Source of the DNA: the human T2T-CHM13v2.0 reference genome, Homo sapiens
Assembly: GCF_009914755.1 (NCBI RefSeq)
Contig: NC_060947.1
DNA: 64,000 nt
Strand: one strand, 5' to 3'
Positions within the stretch are counted from its first letter, which is position 1. Every line of letters starts with the position of its first letter. The notes under the pieces were generated by a model that was not told the DNA's origin, did not search any database, and saw nothing but the letters and a program-made list of their open reading frames with translations. The position numbers and the translations under genes were made by a program. Of this stretch, positions 1-16,430 are shown one piece after another.

Positions 1-2262
1 AGAGGATACAATTTTCAAATTCCTGTAGATGAATGGTTCCCCAATGGTGGGAATGTTCCAAAATGGCAGCTCATTTATGCTATTGTTGAGAAGAGAGGAG
101 GTGGTAATGAGGCAAGTCCTTATCCCTGTTCCCAAGCAATGGAACAGGGAGCAGGGAGGTAGCAATGATCAAGATCTACTCTCTCCCTACCAGGAATCCA
201 GATAATGTACTAGCAGAGACCATCATGTTCAGAAATGAAATACTAAGGCAGTAGAGTTTAGTTATAAATGGGATCTTCAAAAGGGTCTTGGCAGGATGAG
301 GCAGAAAAGGATTCCTTGAACAAGAAAGATACAAAAAAAGGATTTTGTACTCCCTTGCCACCCTTTTGCTAGCGTGTTTTTTCATGCAGTCAGAAGCTGC
401 TGAAAGAAACACTTGAACCGAATTTTTTCTAAAAAGAGAAAAGGAAGCAGCCACCATTTATTAAGCCCTCCTCTGGGCAGCATACACCAAATCCTTACAC
501 ATCTCTGTGAGGGGCGTAATTGGACTGATTCGTAGTTGAGGAAACAGGATTAGACAAGTGCTGACTGTGTACAGGATTCTATACTAGTGAGCTCTGTAAT
601 TTGCTGAAGGTCAGTTGAGCAATACTTGATGAAGCCAGGAGGTAAACCCAGTGTCTATCTGTATATGTACTTTCTCTTAAACCATGCTGCCACTCTGGGT
701 GAGAGGAAGTGAATAGAGGGATAACAAGGTGAGTTTTAGGAAAGAAACTAGTCTCATCTCTTTTCCCAGATGCAGCTCAGGGAAAGAAAGGCCCTAGCTA
801 TGATGTTAAAGGTCCAAGTTGACTTTCAGGAACCCTTAAACCCCCTTCCAGGAATCCTTAGACAATGTGTGGGCCAGTCTTCAGTAGCTGGTGTGGATTA
901 ACCACCAGAGGACCCTTTTGAATGGCGAGAGCTGAGTAGCATCCCCTAAAACCTTGTATGACCTGGGCGAGGGGGAAAATGTCCCAAGACATAACTATGT
1001 TTCCCATCAGCCTGTTGGGCAGGGGCTCAGAGTAGAGATACATTATTTAGAAAAAATAAGAAATGAGATATTTCTTACAACTAGTGTTATGGATAAACAT
1101 TTTGTACACACGACATAGTTTTGTTTGGTTTTTTAATGTTAGACAAAATACAGAAGCCTGGAAAGTAGTGCCCTTTTTCACTCTGAAATTTGTTTTGATT
1201 CCACCTACAAACATAGGAGCTCATGTCTGTCAAATCAGACTTATTCCAATAAGACTTCATTTTTATTTCAACATCTTCACTTATTCACATTTGATGTAGT
1301 TTAAATCAGTCTTTATTATGTGCACCAAGTTATTTACCACCGTGTAGTAGACAATAAAAAGCAGTTTAAAAACCACTTGATAACAACTTAAAGATAAAAT
1401 ATAGATTCATTTCTTCTATGTGGTACATATGTTAGACAGAAAGGTACAAAAAATTTATAAATCTTGTCATTAGACAGAAACAATTGTAATATATTATTAT
1501 TCCAAATAAGATTTCACTTTTGTATCAACCTCTTTGCTCTTTAAAAAAATTTTGAGTATTTCACACTTAAACAACTAAGGCAAAATTTCTTACCAATTCT
1601 GGGTCAAATAATAAAAAGAACCTGGAAAACAAAAGATTTGTTATTTTTCCCCCATGTAAGAAATTATCACCGTTAAACATCCTTCTGTCTCTTTTAGCTC
1701 CTTGCTGTTGTTCTATTTATATTTTTATGAACAAAATAGTCTATATGTCTGTGTCTAATAAATGGGATAGCTTTGTGGGCTGAGCATTCTTCATTTTTAT
1801 AAGAAGCATGTCAGAGCTGAATTGATCACATGCTCTGAAACTCTCCCCCAGGGTGTTTTCATTTATATTTAATGTTAAATCAACGATATTAGAGGTGGAA
1901 CAGGCTGTTTGCCATTGAATGCAATCAGCAGTATCAGCTCACTTTGAATTCCATAAATGCCATTTGGAATGTTCTTTTTGGTAGAGCACTTCAGGGTATC
2001 TGGGTAACATGCAGCTTGATAATTTCAAAACTGAATAACCAAACACAGTAACAAAGGAAACCACTCTTAGGATTTATAATAAAAAGTACCAAATTTGGAG
2101 AAAGCTTCTAAAAGTGTGATAAAAATTTTAAAAACCACACATTTCTTGCCCCTTGAACGCTACATGTATTATTTTTCTTAAGCACAGTGAGCTACTGGTT
2201 TCCATTATTTGACAAAGTAATACAATATGTGAGAGGCCCTTAAAGGTAGCCTTCCCCTATAG

Positions 2263-2651
<389 letters not shown>

Positions 2652-2659
2652 TAGCCGTA

Positions 2660-3110
2660 ACTAGTAAGAGCCTTTCAGATGAAAGTGAAAGAAACACAAT
2701 GCAAAATGGCTTAAGGAAAAAAGTGAATTTCCTGGCTGGCAGAACTCAAAAGAGTGTCGGGTGGAGCTGGTGAGGCACAAGGGAAGTGGGGTGTTGAGGC
2801 CTGATGGTATCAGGAATCCTTTGTTCTCTGTCTCTGCCCACTTTCCTGTGTTGGCTTCTTTTTCAGGAGAGCTTTCTCCAAGTAGCATTAAGAATTTACA
2901 GAAGCTCTAGGTTTGCGTGCTACCAGCCTAACAACTCGAGGGGCTGAAAGGCCATCATTTCCCAATGAGTCCAACTGGACTTCCCAAACAGAGCTTATAC
3001 TGGCCCAGTATGGTGACTGTCTACCTCTAAATGAATCACTGCTACCCCGGGGGGTGGAATATGCTAGGAGGGGCCAGGTCTGGGCCGTATTCCTGCCCGT
3101 GAGAAAAGGA
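2660..3110. mobile_element. Degenerate MaLR (MLT1-type) LTR
   Basis: Motifs resembling old MLT1 consensus (aaatggcttaag..., ctgctttcct-like block, gaatcactg...ggaatatgct). Boundaries approximate. Confidence 0.45.
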
Positions 3111-3269
3111 GATAGGGTGAGCCCCATGTGGATTTTCAGCAGCTGAGAGTGGGAAAGGTTGGTTCTGCAAAAGAAATTGGGTAGCCGTTAATAAATGAAT
3201 AGACTGAAGCCTAATCAAGCAGAGGAAACAACTGCCACTACAGCTGGTCATTCTTGGCTACAGGTTGTT

Positions 3270-5640
<2,371 letters not shown>

Positions 5641-5722
5641 ATCATGTTTTCTCAAACACACAAGTGAGAAAAAGGTGAGTAGGCACATGTGTGTAACATT
5701 TAGAAATTAGATGTATATTTTT

Positions 5723-6005
5723 GGTTTGTTTTTGTTTTTATTTTTTGAGACAAGGTCTCCACTCTGTCACCCAGGCTAGAGTGCAGTACTGCACCTGGGC
5801 TCAAGAGACCCTCCCACCTCAGCCTCCTGAGTAGCTGGGACTATAGGCATGCCCCATCATGCCCAGCTAATTTTTTTTCTTTTTTAGAGATAGGGTCTTG
5901 CCATGTTGCCCAGGCTGGCCTCAAACTCCTGGACTCAGGCAGTCCGCCCACCTCAGCCTCCCAAAGTACTGGGCTTATAGACATGAGCCACTGCACCTGA
6001 CCTGG
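5723..6005 (-). mobile_element. Alu (AluJ-type) with internal deletion in right arm
   Basis: Alu consensus jumps from gtgcagt to cctgggctcaag. Degenerate TSD aga(t/c)(g/a)ta(t/c)attttt. Confidence 0.9.
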
Positions 6006-7483
6006 AAGACATACATTTTTATTCTAGTGGTTGTCATTAGATCAATGCCTTTGTATAATAGCTTAGTCCACCCACCCACCCACCACACCTGCCCACCTTT
6101 TGTTCCCTGGCTATTGTCTATTGGTCTCCTTCTATGAACATTATTGAAATTAGCTAAGTAATAACCTCTTAGCTCTCTTTGCTCTCTCCTTGAACACTTG
6201 ACTTGAACTAGTTTCTTTCTACTGCCAGTTAGTATTAATACCTATAAGGCAAGCAGCTACCTAACTCTGTTCTTCATACAGCCAGTACGAGTGCTACCTG
6301 TCTCCCAGATAGCATCAGAGTCATAGTTAATACCGGTAAAAATGTGCTTGATCCTCACCACTCTACTTCGGTGGCTCCCACGCTGGCCATTATGGCTGTC
6401 CGCAGCTTGTTTTCTTGTAGATTCCCAGGATGAGGAATCTCCCACTTCTTGTGAGGACCTGTAGGCAATTCCAGGGTTCTTCTGGTCTCCAAGTCATCAG
6501 AAGCCCTTTTTCCTTGCCTCCATTTCCTTCCACATGGATACTGTTGGTATGAATCATATTCTGGCATTCATGGGAATAGCTCACCACTTATTTTTGCTGG
6601 TGATGTTGTCCATGGGGTTTTGGCTTTAATATCTGAGTTGCTTTCTCTCTTTTTTATGGGAGAACTCAAGGAGATCCAAAAATGATTTTGCCAACTTTCC
6701 ATAATCCTCCAGTGGCTGCAGAATTTATCAAAAAGTTTTGACTGAAGAATTATTTATAAATATTCAATATCTCTTGTGGTCATGTAGCACTTTAATTTGA
6801 CTAATTAAACTTGAATTAATCCTGAAGTCCTGGCAGACAAATACAAACAAATGGTAATTTTCACAAGCTTAGGTAAAATTCTCTCTTTTAATGAAGAAGA
6901 ATCAATCATCTATTATGGAAATATAAAACTTTGTTGTCCTGCTGAAAGCAAAACTTTTTTCCCCTTGAAAGTGAATAGCAGGCCACTTTTTACGATACAT
7001 ATGTAATTTGCTATATACATTGTAAACGTTGAAAATTTTATACTTATGGACATCAAAGAAAGCCTAATTTTTAAAAAGTACCTATTTATAAGGTAGTCTG
7101 GATATATTTGATCTATTGAAGTTATTGTTTTGCCAGTATAATTTTCACACTATGTGTTCTTCCATGATTAATATATGTGAGTATATAATGCTTCACAAAT
7201 AGTAGACTCACAAATACTTCAGAAAATAGTAGACTCACAGAAAAGGTCTTCTTTCGAGGGTGAAGAGGCTCAAAGAGGTGTAGTATTTTCCCAGAGTTAC
7301 ACAGCCAGTAGATAGCAGAGCCCAGAGTCAAATACAGAAGCCAAGTGGGACAATGGACTGGGAACCATTGTAGTAGACCACATGAAAACCATAACGCAAT
7401 ATTTTCAACAGAAGAAGGGATTCTAACCATTACCATTGGAGAGGAACACTTACACTTTTCATTTGTTTAAAAGGTAGGAATGT

Positions 7484-7855
<372 letters not shown>

Positions 7856-8367
7856 TTAATATATTTTAAATTTTTTCTTCCAAGTTTTATAAGCCATAAT
7901 TCACAGAGGCACCAGGGTGGTATCTGCCCACCTCTAGATTGAAAAAGAAATGAGGAATCAAGGCTATTTTAGGCATCTGTCAAGCTGTAATTACCTCTTT
8001 GCTCAGAGAAACCTTTATGTAAGACTAATGTAGATTGGCATTTCTTCTGTTTAAAAGAACATTTCCAGTCATTCTTTTAATAGAAGGATCCCTATTATGA
8101 TGGTTATTTCAATATGTTTTGGTAGAGGGAATATGTTCCCAGTATGGCCTTGACATAGAAATTACACTTTTAATCTGGTCTGTTTCTTATTTACTTACAA
8201 GCTTCAATACTTCTTAGAGTCTTCTTTCCCTACCCTTTCTAGTTCAGAAATTGTTGAATGGCTTTTATTTAAGCTTTTCAAGTAAGCTGGGTTTGTTTAC
8301 CAATAAGTCTATGTATACCTTCCACTAAAAGTTTACCCAAAGTATGACCATTAAAAGGTGGGATTGA

Positions 8368-8498
8368 GCCAGGCATGGTGGCGTGCACCTGTAATCCTAG
8401 CTGCTTGGGGAGGCTGAGGTGGGAGGATCACTTGAGCCCAGCAATTCAAGGCCAGATTGGGCAACATAGTGAGACCCTATCTCTAATTTTTTTTAAAG
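8368..8498 (+). mobile_element. Free left Alu monomer (FLAM-type)
   Basis: Single ~120-bp left arm. Exact 12-bp TSD aggtgggattga at 8356-8367 and 8499-8510. Confidence 0.88.
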
Positions 8499-8564
8499 AG
8501 GTGGGATTGAAATGACAATTTATAGAAAGAAAACAAATTTTTCATCATTAGGCACTTGTTCATT

Positions 8565-8930
8565 GTCTTAGGTTGGACTCCCAGAAACTGACCCTGAAAT
8601 GAAGATCCATATGTAAGTGACTTAATAGGGAGAGTTCTCAGGAAAGATAAATAGAGGGATGGGGAGTGGGACCTGGAAGAAAAGGAGGGCAAACATAGAT
8701 GCAGTATCAGGCAAAGCCCCAGGAGGGTGACTTTGGCTCAGTGCACAGGGAAGCTCCAGATACTTTTTAAGACCACACCTTAAGTTGTCCTATCAGAGGC
8801 AGAGGGATAGAGTGTTTATAGTCGCCAGTTAAGAACTGCCTCCTGGGCTCACGTTCCCCCTCCCCTCCATGCTCTCAGGCAGTTTAGACTCAGTAGGCTG
8901 AGGGTATTTCAAAGAGCCAAGTCCAGGTGC
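8565..8930. mobile_element. ERVL-type solo LTR (LTR16/LTR33 family)
   Basis: Begins tgtcttaggttggactcccagaaactgaccctga, the family's terminal motif. Confidence 0.6.
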
Positions 8931-10002
8931 TGGATGCTGAGAATGAAAGCACCCAGCATCAACTGTTGACTGCCTCTGGTGGTTTACTTTTCTTGCTTCT
9001 ATCAGCACATCCTGGAGTTCCCAAGGATATCTTAAGCAGACAAGGGTGTGTAAGAAGTTCAAGTTCTGTTGTGTTTTCTAGAAACTTACCAAATCCAAAA
9101 TTGGAGACCACCTATACGTAAGTCCAGTGTTTTTTTCTAGCCCAACATTCCACATTTATTAATGATTATCTCTAGAGAAAGGACTTGGCAGTGAATTAAT
9201 TTAACTAGAAAAAGATCATTGCTGTAAAGGAAAACTATGCTTTTCTAATATTTAACTCGGATTATAAATATGCAACCAAAGTAGCCAGAATGTTCTGACT
9301 AGGGTGATGGATCACCAGCCACTGAAATGCCATTTCAAAGAATGGATGGTGTTTTAAAGAAATTATCCTATTCATTAAGACTGTATCTATGCAGAGGAGA
9401 ACCAAGTGCAATGAAAATGTTTGCGTCCCAGGCACTTCCTTGGGTGCTTGGCATATTTAATCATTACATGAGTCCTCTAAGGCAAGTAAGTATTATTTTT
9501 CCTGTTTTAGAAGTGAAGAAACTAAAGTTCATAGAGGAAAAAAAAAAGTATACATTTAATAAGCATTTAGTAGGCATCCGCTGTGTGTTAGGCATGATGC
9601 AAGGCACTGATTATGGGATGGCAAACAAAATGGACCTGGTCCCTTCCCTCCTTGAGCACACAGCCTAGTGAGCAAGAGGTGAAACAAGCAAATACATAGG
9701 TTATAAATGGTGGTAAGAAAGGAAAGGAAAAGAACAGGACACTGTAAAGCATAATGATGGCATAGGAGTAGAAGATTCAGTAGAAGATTCTCATTGTCTC
9801 CTCAATGAGAAAGTGACATTTAGGTTGAGACCCGGACGATGGGAAAAGCTAACCAGGCAAAGAGCGGGAGGAGAGAAAGAGCTTAGAGTGCTTTGGGGAG
9901 TGAAACAAGAGTGATATTGCAGTTCCTGGCCAGCCAAGGGGAAAGAGGTGTGAAAAGACTAGAGATAGAAGCAGGAGCAAGGTGATTGAGGGTCTTCTAG
10001 AG

Positions 10003-10520
10003 TAGCAGTTGGCAAATTTTGGCCCACAGGCCAAATCTGGCCTACTACCTGTTTGTGTAAATCAAGTTTTATTGAAATATAGCCACCACTGGGCATGGTG
10101 GATCATACCTGTAATCCCAAAACTTTGGAAGGCCAACGTGGGTGGATTACTTGAGCCCAGGAATTTGAGACCAGCCTGGGTAAGATGGGGAAACCCCATC
10201 TCTACAAAAAATACAAAAAATTAGCAGCGTGTTGTGGTATGTGCCTTTAGTCCCAGTTGCTTGGTAGGCTGAAGTAGGAGAATCACCTGAGCTCCAGAAG
10301 TCTAGGCTGCATTGAGCTGTGGTAGTGCCATTTAACTCTGGCCTGAGTGACAGAGTGAGACCCTGTCTCAAAAAAAGGAAAAAGTAAGAAAAAAGAAACA
10401 CACATTACCTGTGGCTGCTTTTGCTCTATGACTATAGAGTAGAGTAGTTGCAGCCAACTATCTGGTCCACAAAGCCTATTTACTATCTAGCTCTTTACAG
10501 AAAAAGTGTGCTGACTCCTG
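10003..10520. mobile_element. MER58A-type hAT-Charlie MITE, split by an AluJ
   Basis: ttggcaaattttggcccacaggccaaatctggcc ... tttacagaaaaagtgtgctgactcctg. Flanks ttctagag/gtctacac fit a Charlie 8-bp TSD. Confidence 0.75.
10089..10397 (+). mobile_element. Alu (AluJ-type)
   Basis: Diverged dimeric Alu with A-rich tail. Confidence 0.9.
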
Positions 10521-10609
10521 GTCTACACCATGAAAAGAAGTCTGGATTTTACTCTAAGAAAGAGAAGGAGCCATTGGAGGGTTTTAGGAAGTAGATTCAA
10601 ATAATTCAG

Positions 10610-10888
10610 TTTTTTTTTTTTTGAGATGGAATCTCACTCTGTTGCCCAGGCTGGAGTGCAGTGGTGTGATCTTGGCTCACAGCAAACTCTGCCTCCTGGG
10701 TTCCAGCGATCCTCCTGCCTCAGCCTCCTGAGTAGCTGAGATCATACCTGGCTAATTTTTTTGTATTTTTAGTAGAAACTGGGTTCACTACGTTGGCCAG
10801 TCTGGTCTCAAACTCCTGACCTCAAGTGAGCCACCTGCCTCGCCCTCCCAAAGTGCCAGGATTACAGGCGTGAGGCACCGTGCCTGGC
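10610..10888 (-). mobile_element. Alu (AluS-type), small internal deletion
   Basis: TSD aaataattca(g/a)ttt on both sides. Confidence 0.93.
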
Positions 10889-11536
10889 AAATAATTCAAT
10901 TTATATTTTAAAAATATCACCCTGGCCGTGCTACATGGAAAATGGAATCTAGGAGACAAGAGTGGCAGTAAGAAGCCATTAGAAGTTTTTGAAAGAGTCC
11001 AGATAGGAAATAATAGCTAGAGGACTGGACAGAGCAGTGGTTCTGGTGTTAGAGAAAAGCTATGTGTAGAGGAAGGATCAGTAGGATTTAGCATTGTATT
11101 TGATGTGGAGATTGAAACAGGGAGAAATGAAGTATAACTCCCAAATTTGTAGCTTGAGCCCTGGGTGGATGACAGTGCCAGTCAATGAGATGAGTCAACT
11201 GGAAGTAGCGGAAATAACGTAGGTGAGTAAATAAGTTTAAGTTCCTCAGAGTTCTCCATTATTAAATCTTAGGACCTGCATTGGAGACCAAGTCTTCATG
11301 CTTTTCCAGTAAACAGCATGGTCTCCCATTGGAATCATCACATGAGTTTACTGTCAATTGACACAAAACCACCAACACTAAATTTTTTCACTGCCAATAA
11401 GACCACAAAGAAATGGTCAAAGTGATCTGTTTTAGGTAGATGTGCTTGTAATTTTGTAGCCTTGTCTTTACATTTTACAGACTTTATATATAATTTGTAA
11501 TATGCATAAGCATGAGCTAATTTTGAGCTCATCTTT

Positions 11537-11754
11537 TTTTTTTCTTTTTTCTTTGAGACAGGGTCTCACTCCGACATCCAGGCTGGAGTGCAGTGACATG
11601 ATCTCAGCTCACTGCAACCTCCAACTCCTGAGCTGAAGTGATCCTCCCACCTCAGCCTCCTGAGTAGGTGGGACTACAGTCATGTGCCACCACACCTGGC
11701 TAATTTTTTTTTATTTTTAGTGGAGACAGGGTTTCACTGTATTGCCCAGGCTAG
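11537..11754 (-). mobile_element. 5'-truncated Alu (AluJ-type)
   Basis: Right arm plus part of left arm. TSD gagctcatcttt at 11525-11536 and 11755-11766. Confidence 0.9.
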
Positions 11755-12803
11755 GAGCTCATCTTTAAAATAAAAAATATTTCAGACCATTGATTAAAAT
11801 CTTTCACAGTTAATTAAATATGTATCTGCATTGGCTATGCAGAGAGCATCTTTAGGGACATACAATATAGGGCTTCAAATAGTTGGGCTCTTGTCACCGT
11901 AGCATTCATTTTGTCTCGGGCAGCTGTGAGGCACCCACTCAGCAACATTTCTGAGGTCCTAATTGAAAATGAGGAGATTCTAGAACTGTGCTTAACCCTA
12001 AACTTGGAAGGGAGTGTCTCTGAAGCAAGACCTCACATGTCTGTGGTTCACCTTCCCATCTAGGTAGCTAAGAGGGCAGAAAAAGGCTTCTCTGAATAGC
12101 CCCACTACTCTGCCCAGGCTGAATGGAATGTCAAGCTCTAGGCCACCCCAACACAAGTCTCCTTAAGCAGCAGACCCAGCCCAGGTTGGAATCTGGCATA
12201 ACTTGGAAGCTGAAAGATGACCTAACTAGCCACATTTCAAATTCAAGCTGAAAGTACCACTCACATTTAATCAGTTTCTGGAGATCTATATGGAAGCCTT
12301 TTATTTCCACTTCTTTAAATGAACAGCAGTTCATTTACCTGGAGAAACTGCATGTGAATAACAGCAAAGCAAGTCGAGAGTGAGTTATTAACTATGCAAA
12401 CTGACTACTTAACCTGTTCTTTTCAGACTTCCCCTAACAGTTTTATTGAGGATATGCTTAAAAACATATTTAGATGATACATTGCATGAGTTTCAAAGAG
12501 ACCATTAAGGTCTCATTTGGGCAGAGAAAAATGAATTTTTAAAGGAACCATTAATGTGTGTTTTTATAATTGTGTCTTATGGTATTTTTAATATTGCTAC
12601 CATTTATCAAATATGAAAAATAAGACTTTACAATATTATCAAAATAATATTCATACGGTAGTAGTCTCATACCCATTAAATATTATCTGCTAATCCTTTA
12701 CCATTGTTCCTAACATATTATGATTCATTCAGATCTCATTAGATTTTATTTCATACTGCTTTTCATGCATAGTATCTCATACTATGCATCAGGTAGTTTT
12801 TAA

Positions 12804-13121
<318 letters not shown>

Positions 13122-14639
13122 AAAACTCTCACTCTTTAATGCAATTTTTATTTGCCTTTTCTTATCCCCTTACCTCCCTATAGGACATTTTTCCTCTCTT
13201 ACCTAGTTGAAAATTAATCTTCCTCGGACATTAAGGAAACTCAAGAAAAAAATACTTAGTTTAAGAAACAAAAATTTGCTCATATTTGTAAATAGATTTT
13301 CGCATGCATTTTGGTTTGCACCCTTTTCAATTCTGAAACTCTGAACTCTAGTTTTGGACATGAGATTAAGCTTCCATTTGATGGCAGGAGTGAAAAATAC
13401 AGGAACATTAAAAACGGAAATCACGATCTCCACCAACCCTGTTCTTCATAGCCTTGAGAGTAGAAAGAGTAAAAGGCAAAGATAGTGTTAAACTCCAATC
13501 TGTTATTATTTTAGAGGATAGATAAGGAATTAGTCTAAGCTATGTTCTCAGGTTCTGTAGGAAGGAAGCTTTTCCACTAATTCTGTTTTTCTTGCTTTTC
13601 CTTTGTTTCTAACCCCAATGGATACATACTTTTGAAAAGTAATCTTTATATAATGTTTCATGTAGTAATTGAATAGCTTGTATGAGTGAAACATTTTTCT
13701 TTTTTATATAGCCAGCCCAAATGCAGACTGTAAGTCCTATTAATATAAAACAGAAAGGTCTCAAAATTCAGTTGCAGGGTTAGTGTGCCCCAAGTTCATC
13801 TTCAAAGCAGTATTTCCCAATAGACAGGAAAATGAGATTTCTCTCTGCTTTGCCATGGATAAAGTATCACTATTGATCAATTTATAAATAATTTTTCTAG
13901 GTTGAGGCTAAATTCAAACATGGGAGGCACACTTCAGAAATTTAGTATAAATCCCCTAACCTCTTTCCCTCAGAGAAAATTTTATCATGGTTCACTGAAA
14001 ATCTGTCAACTTTCAGAGAGGATTGGAACATTGCTAGGTTTTCTGAGATTTGAGGTGCCATTTCAAAATAGCTGTGTTTGAACTATGTACCTATCGTTCC
14101 TTAACCTAATTTTTACCTGCAGTAAGAAGGTATATTCCATCCTGTAGCTGTTTATAAACAGTCTCTGCAAACATTGTCTTCGAATTGAAGCTTCTTCGGG
14201 GATATCATCTCTATTCCTTGCCAACATTAAAAATAGTATTTCTCTGTTTACATTTGTCTCCTCTTCCCTTCTATGTATACGAAAGTTACCAACTGGAAAA
14301 ATAGTTTATGGTCTTTACCATTGCCTTATTGTTAATATTCAAATACATGTTCAATCCTGGTAAAGCTCTATATTGTTCCAATTCTGATACATCTAAATTG
14401 GGAGGTAGTGGCTATGACCACTAACCCCTAGGAACAACTGGGAGCCCCAGCTCCTTCTGGCTCCAGGATAACGTTATACATAGGCTCCCCTTAGTTAATT
14501 TCACCTGAATCTCTCACCTTTTTATTCTTGAACCGCTCAAAATGTGAGGCCTCAGGACACAGATTTCCTCTGGCACCTGCTTCTCTGTGACACCTGGTTC
14601 TTCCTTCTCCATGACTTAACACGTTCCCTATGACTAATT

Positions 14640-15030
14640 GATCTTAGTTTTGGTTCCTTCACAAGCCAACTCTGACACAAGGATTTGTGTGTGTATAGAT
14701 AATCTAGGGCGTGATCCCAGGAAACACCAGCCAGAGACTAGAGATGTGAGACCAAAAAGGAAGACAACCAATAAAATGTAAGTTATCAAACCAATTGCCA
14801 CTGTGGGCAACTGGAGCTTCATCCTCTTGGGGAGTTCCAGGATCAGTGTAGAAAACATGCCTTGGAGTTATTCAGTTGAGTGGTGAGGGAGTGGAGGTAT
14901 TTATACTCTAATTCTTGTCAGGTATTGAATGAGGACTCCTCTGTGGGGTCATTCCCCAGAACTTCCAGCTGATTATGTGTGGTCAGGGTGGACTTTAGCA
15001 GCCAGAGAGAGCCCCCAGGCAGGTGGAAAT
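14640..15030. mobile_element. LTR33-like ERVL solo LTR
   Basis: ctgacacaaggatttg...gatcccaggaaacacc...ccaataaaa...ccactgtgggcaactggagcttc matches recalled LTR33. Paralogous to 59080-59480. Confidence 0.65.
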
Positions 15031-16279
15031 GAAGAAGCCTCCTCAATTGTCTGCTGTAACTCCTAACTAACCATTTCTACTGCACCCCTTGAACACTCAC
15101 TCTATTGCAAATGTAATGGCCTTAACAATTAACCTCTTTTTACCATTTTCTGAGCCCTTGCCCTTCTCTTGTGACCACGTTGAAAGGAGGCTTAGTCCTT
15201 CTCGTGCCACTTAAATCACAGGGTAAAGAGGTAGTATTGGCATTCTCCTGGCTTCTCATGATTAATTTATAAGTCATTATTCTCTCAACCTAGTGCAAAA
15301 CTTGCTCCTTTTTTTACTAGTTATGCCCTCCAACAATATGACTTCAGACTTTCTCTGAATTTCATGCCATTCCTTACATATACTGAAGACTTTGACACCT
15401 TCCAAGAATCCTACCACACTCTGGATAAAAATCAGCATTCAAATATCCACATGGATGAAATTACCTTCTTAGTTTTTCTATCTCCTCAACTCCAAGTGCC
15501 TTCTTGACCATTCCCTTTCAGCCAAGCACTCCTGATCTCCACATCCCCAACCTTTTTGACACCCATAACTGAACCTCCTCTGACACCATAAATTCCCAAT
15601 ATCCCAACTTTGTAATTATTCTATTACTAAAGAGTGATTCTCACTAGAATTATTCTCATCAATGCTGTCTTTCCCAACTCTTTCCAGTCTTCCTTCGTAG
15701 ACTTCTCTCACCCAAAAGCCACTCACCACTCATCTTGTGTCCTAATTATACTTGCTGGTATACTTTTCTCTAAGCAGACCCCATGCATCCCTGCCTGTAG
15801 TCCTCTTTTCACCTACACTGCCCCTGGAAACTGCATTCCTTTCAAGTGCTTACCCGTTCATCAAGATCCAACTCAAACACAGCTTTTTCAGTGGTTCTCC
15901 ACCACTTTCCCTCCTATATCTCGCATGTTGGAGTCACTCTCTTCTTGTTCTGTATTTCCAAGATATCTATCTGTAGTCGCTCTGCTTTGCAACTGTCAAA
16001 TTCTGCCCTGCCAGGTGAAGTGGGTAAATTACTTGGCCTTTCAATGCCTCAGTGTAATCAACTACCAAATAGAGAAAGTGATAGTTACCTGTCAACGTTA
16101 TTGTGGAGATTAAAAGAAACAATATGTGAACATGCTTCAGAACCCAAAGATGAACACAACATGTATCTTTATTGGGCAGCTGTAAGGAACAAATAGAGAA
16201 AAGCAAAACCTTTTTATGGGAACTTTGAATACTGATAATGACTTTACCATGGATAGAAGGAAAGGACATTGGTGCACAT

Positions 16280-16430
16280 AGCCTGGGTTGTATTCCTGGC
16301 TCCACTTCAAATGAGCTGCATGGCCTTGAACAAGATGCTTACTCGCATTGGAGAAAGCCCATTTCCTCATGTAAAAAGTGGAAATAATGAAACCTACCTT
16401 GAAGAGTTACTGATGACTAATGCATGGAAG
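16280..16430 (+). mobile_element. MIR SINE (other MIR remnants at ~9410-9540, 16000-16140, 17080-17210, 20560-20650, 22070-22530)
   Basis: MIR core: ggccttgaacaag...tttcctcatgtaaaaagtggaaataat. Confidence 0.65.

Larger units (their letters stand above)
9550..11210 (-). mobile_element. L2 LINE remnant, interrupted by MER58A and two Alus
   Basis: L2 3'-end motifs (aagcatttagtaggcatcc, gtgacatttaggttgagacc, ggagccattggagggtttt, cttgagccctgggtggatg). Confidence 0.7.

Noticed and set aside
724-735. Isolated consensus donors AAG|GTGAGT (also ~5674 and TAG|GTGAGT ~11223)
   Set aside because: No convincing paired acceptor or in-frame coding sequence. Such motifs are expected by chance in 40 kb.
15634-16305. 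Cluster of longer overlapping ORFs (up to 159 aa)
   Set aside because: They overlap degenerate L2/MIR-like sequence, have low-information composition, and show no splice or domain support.
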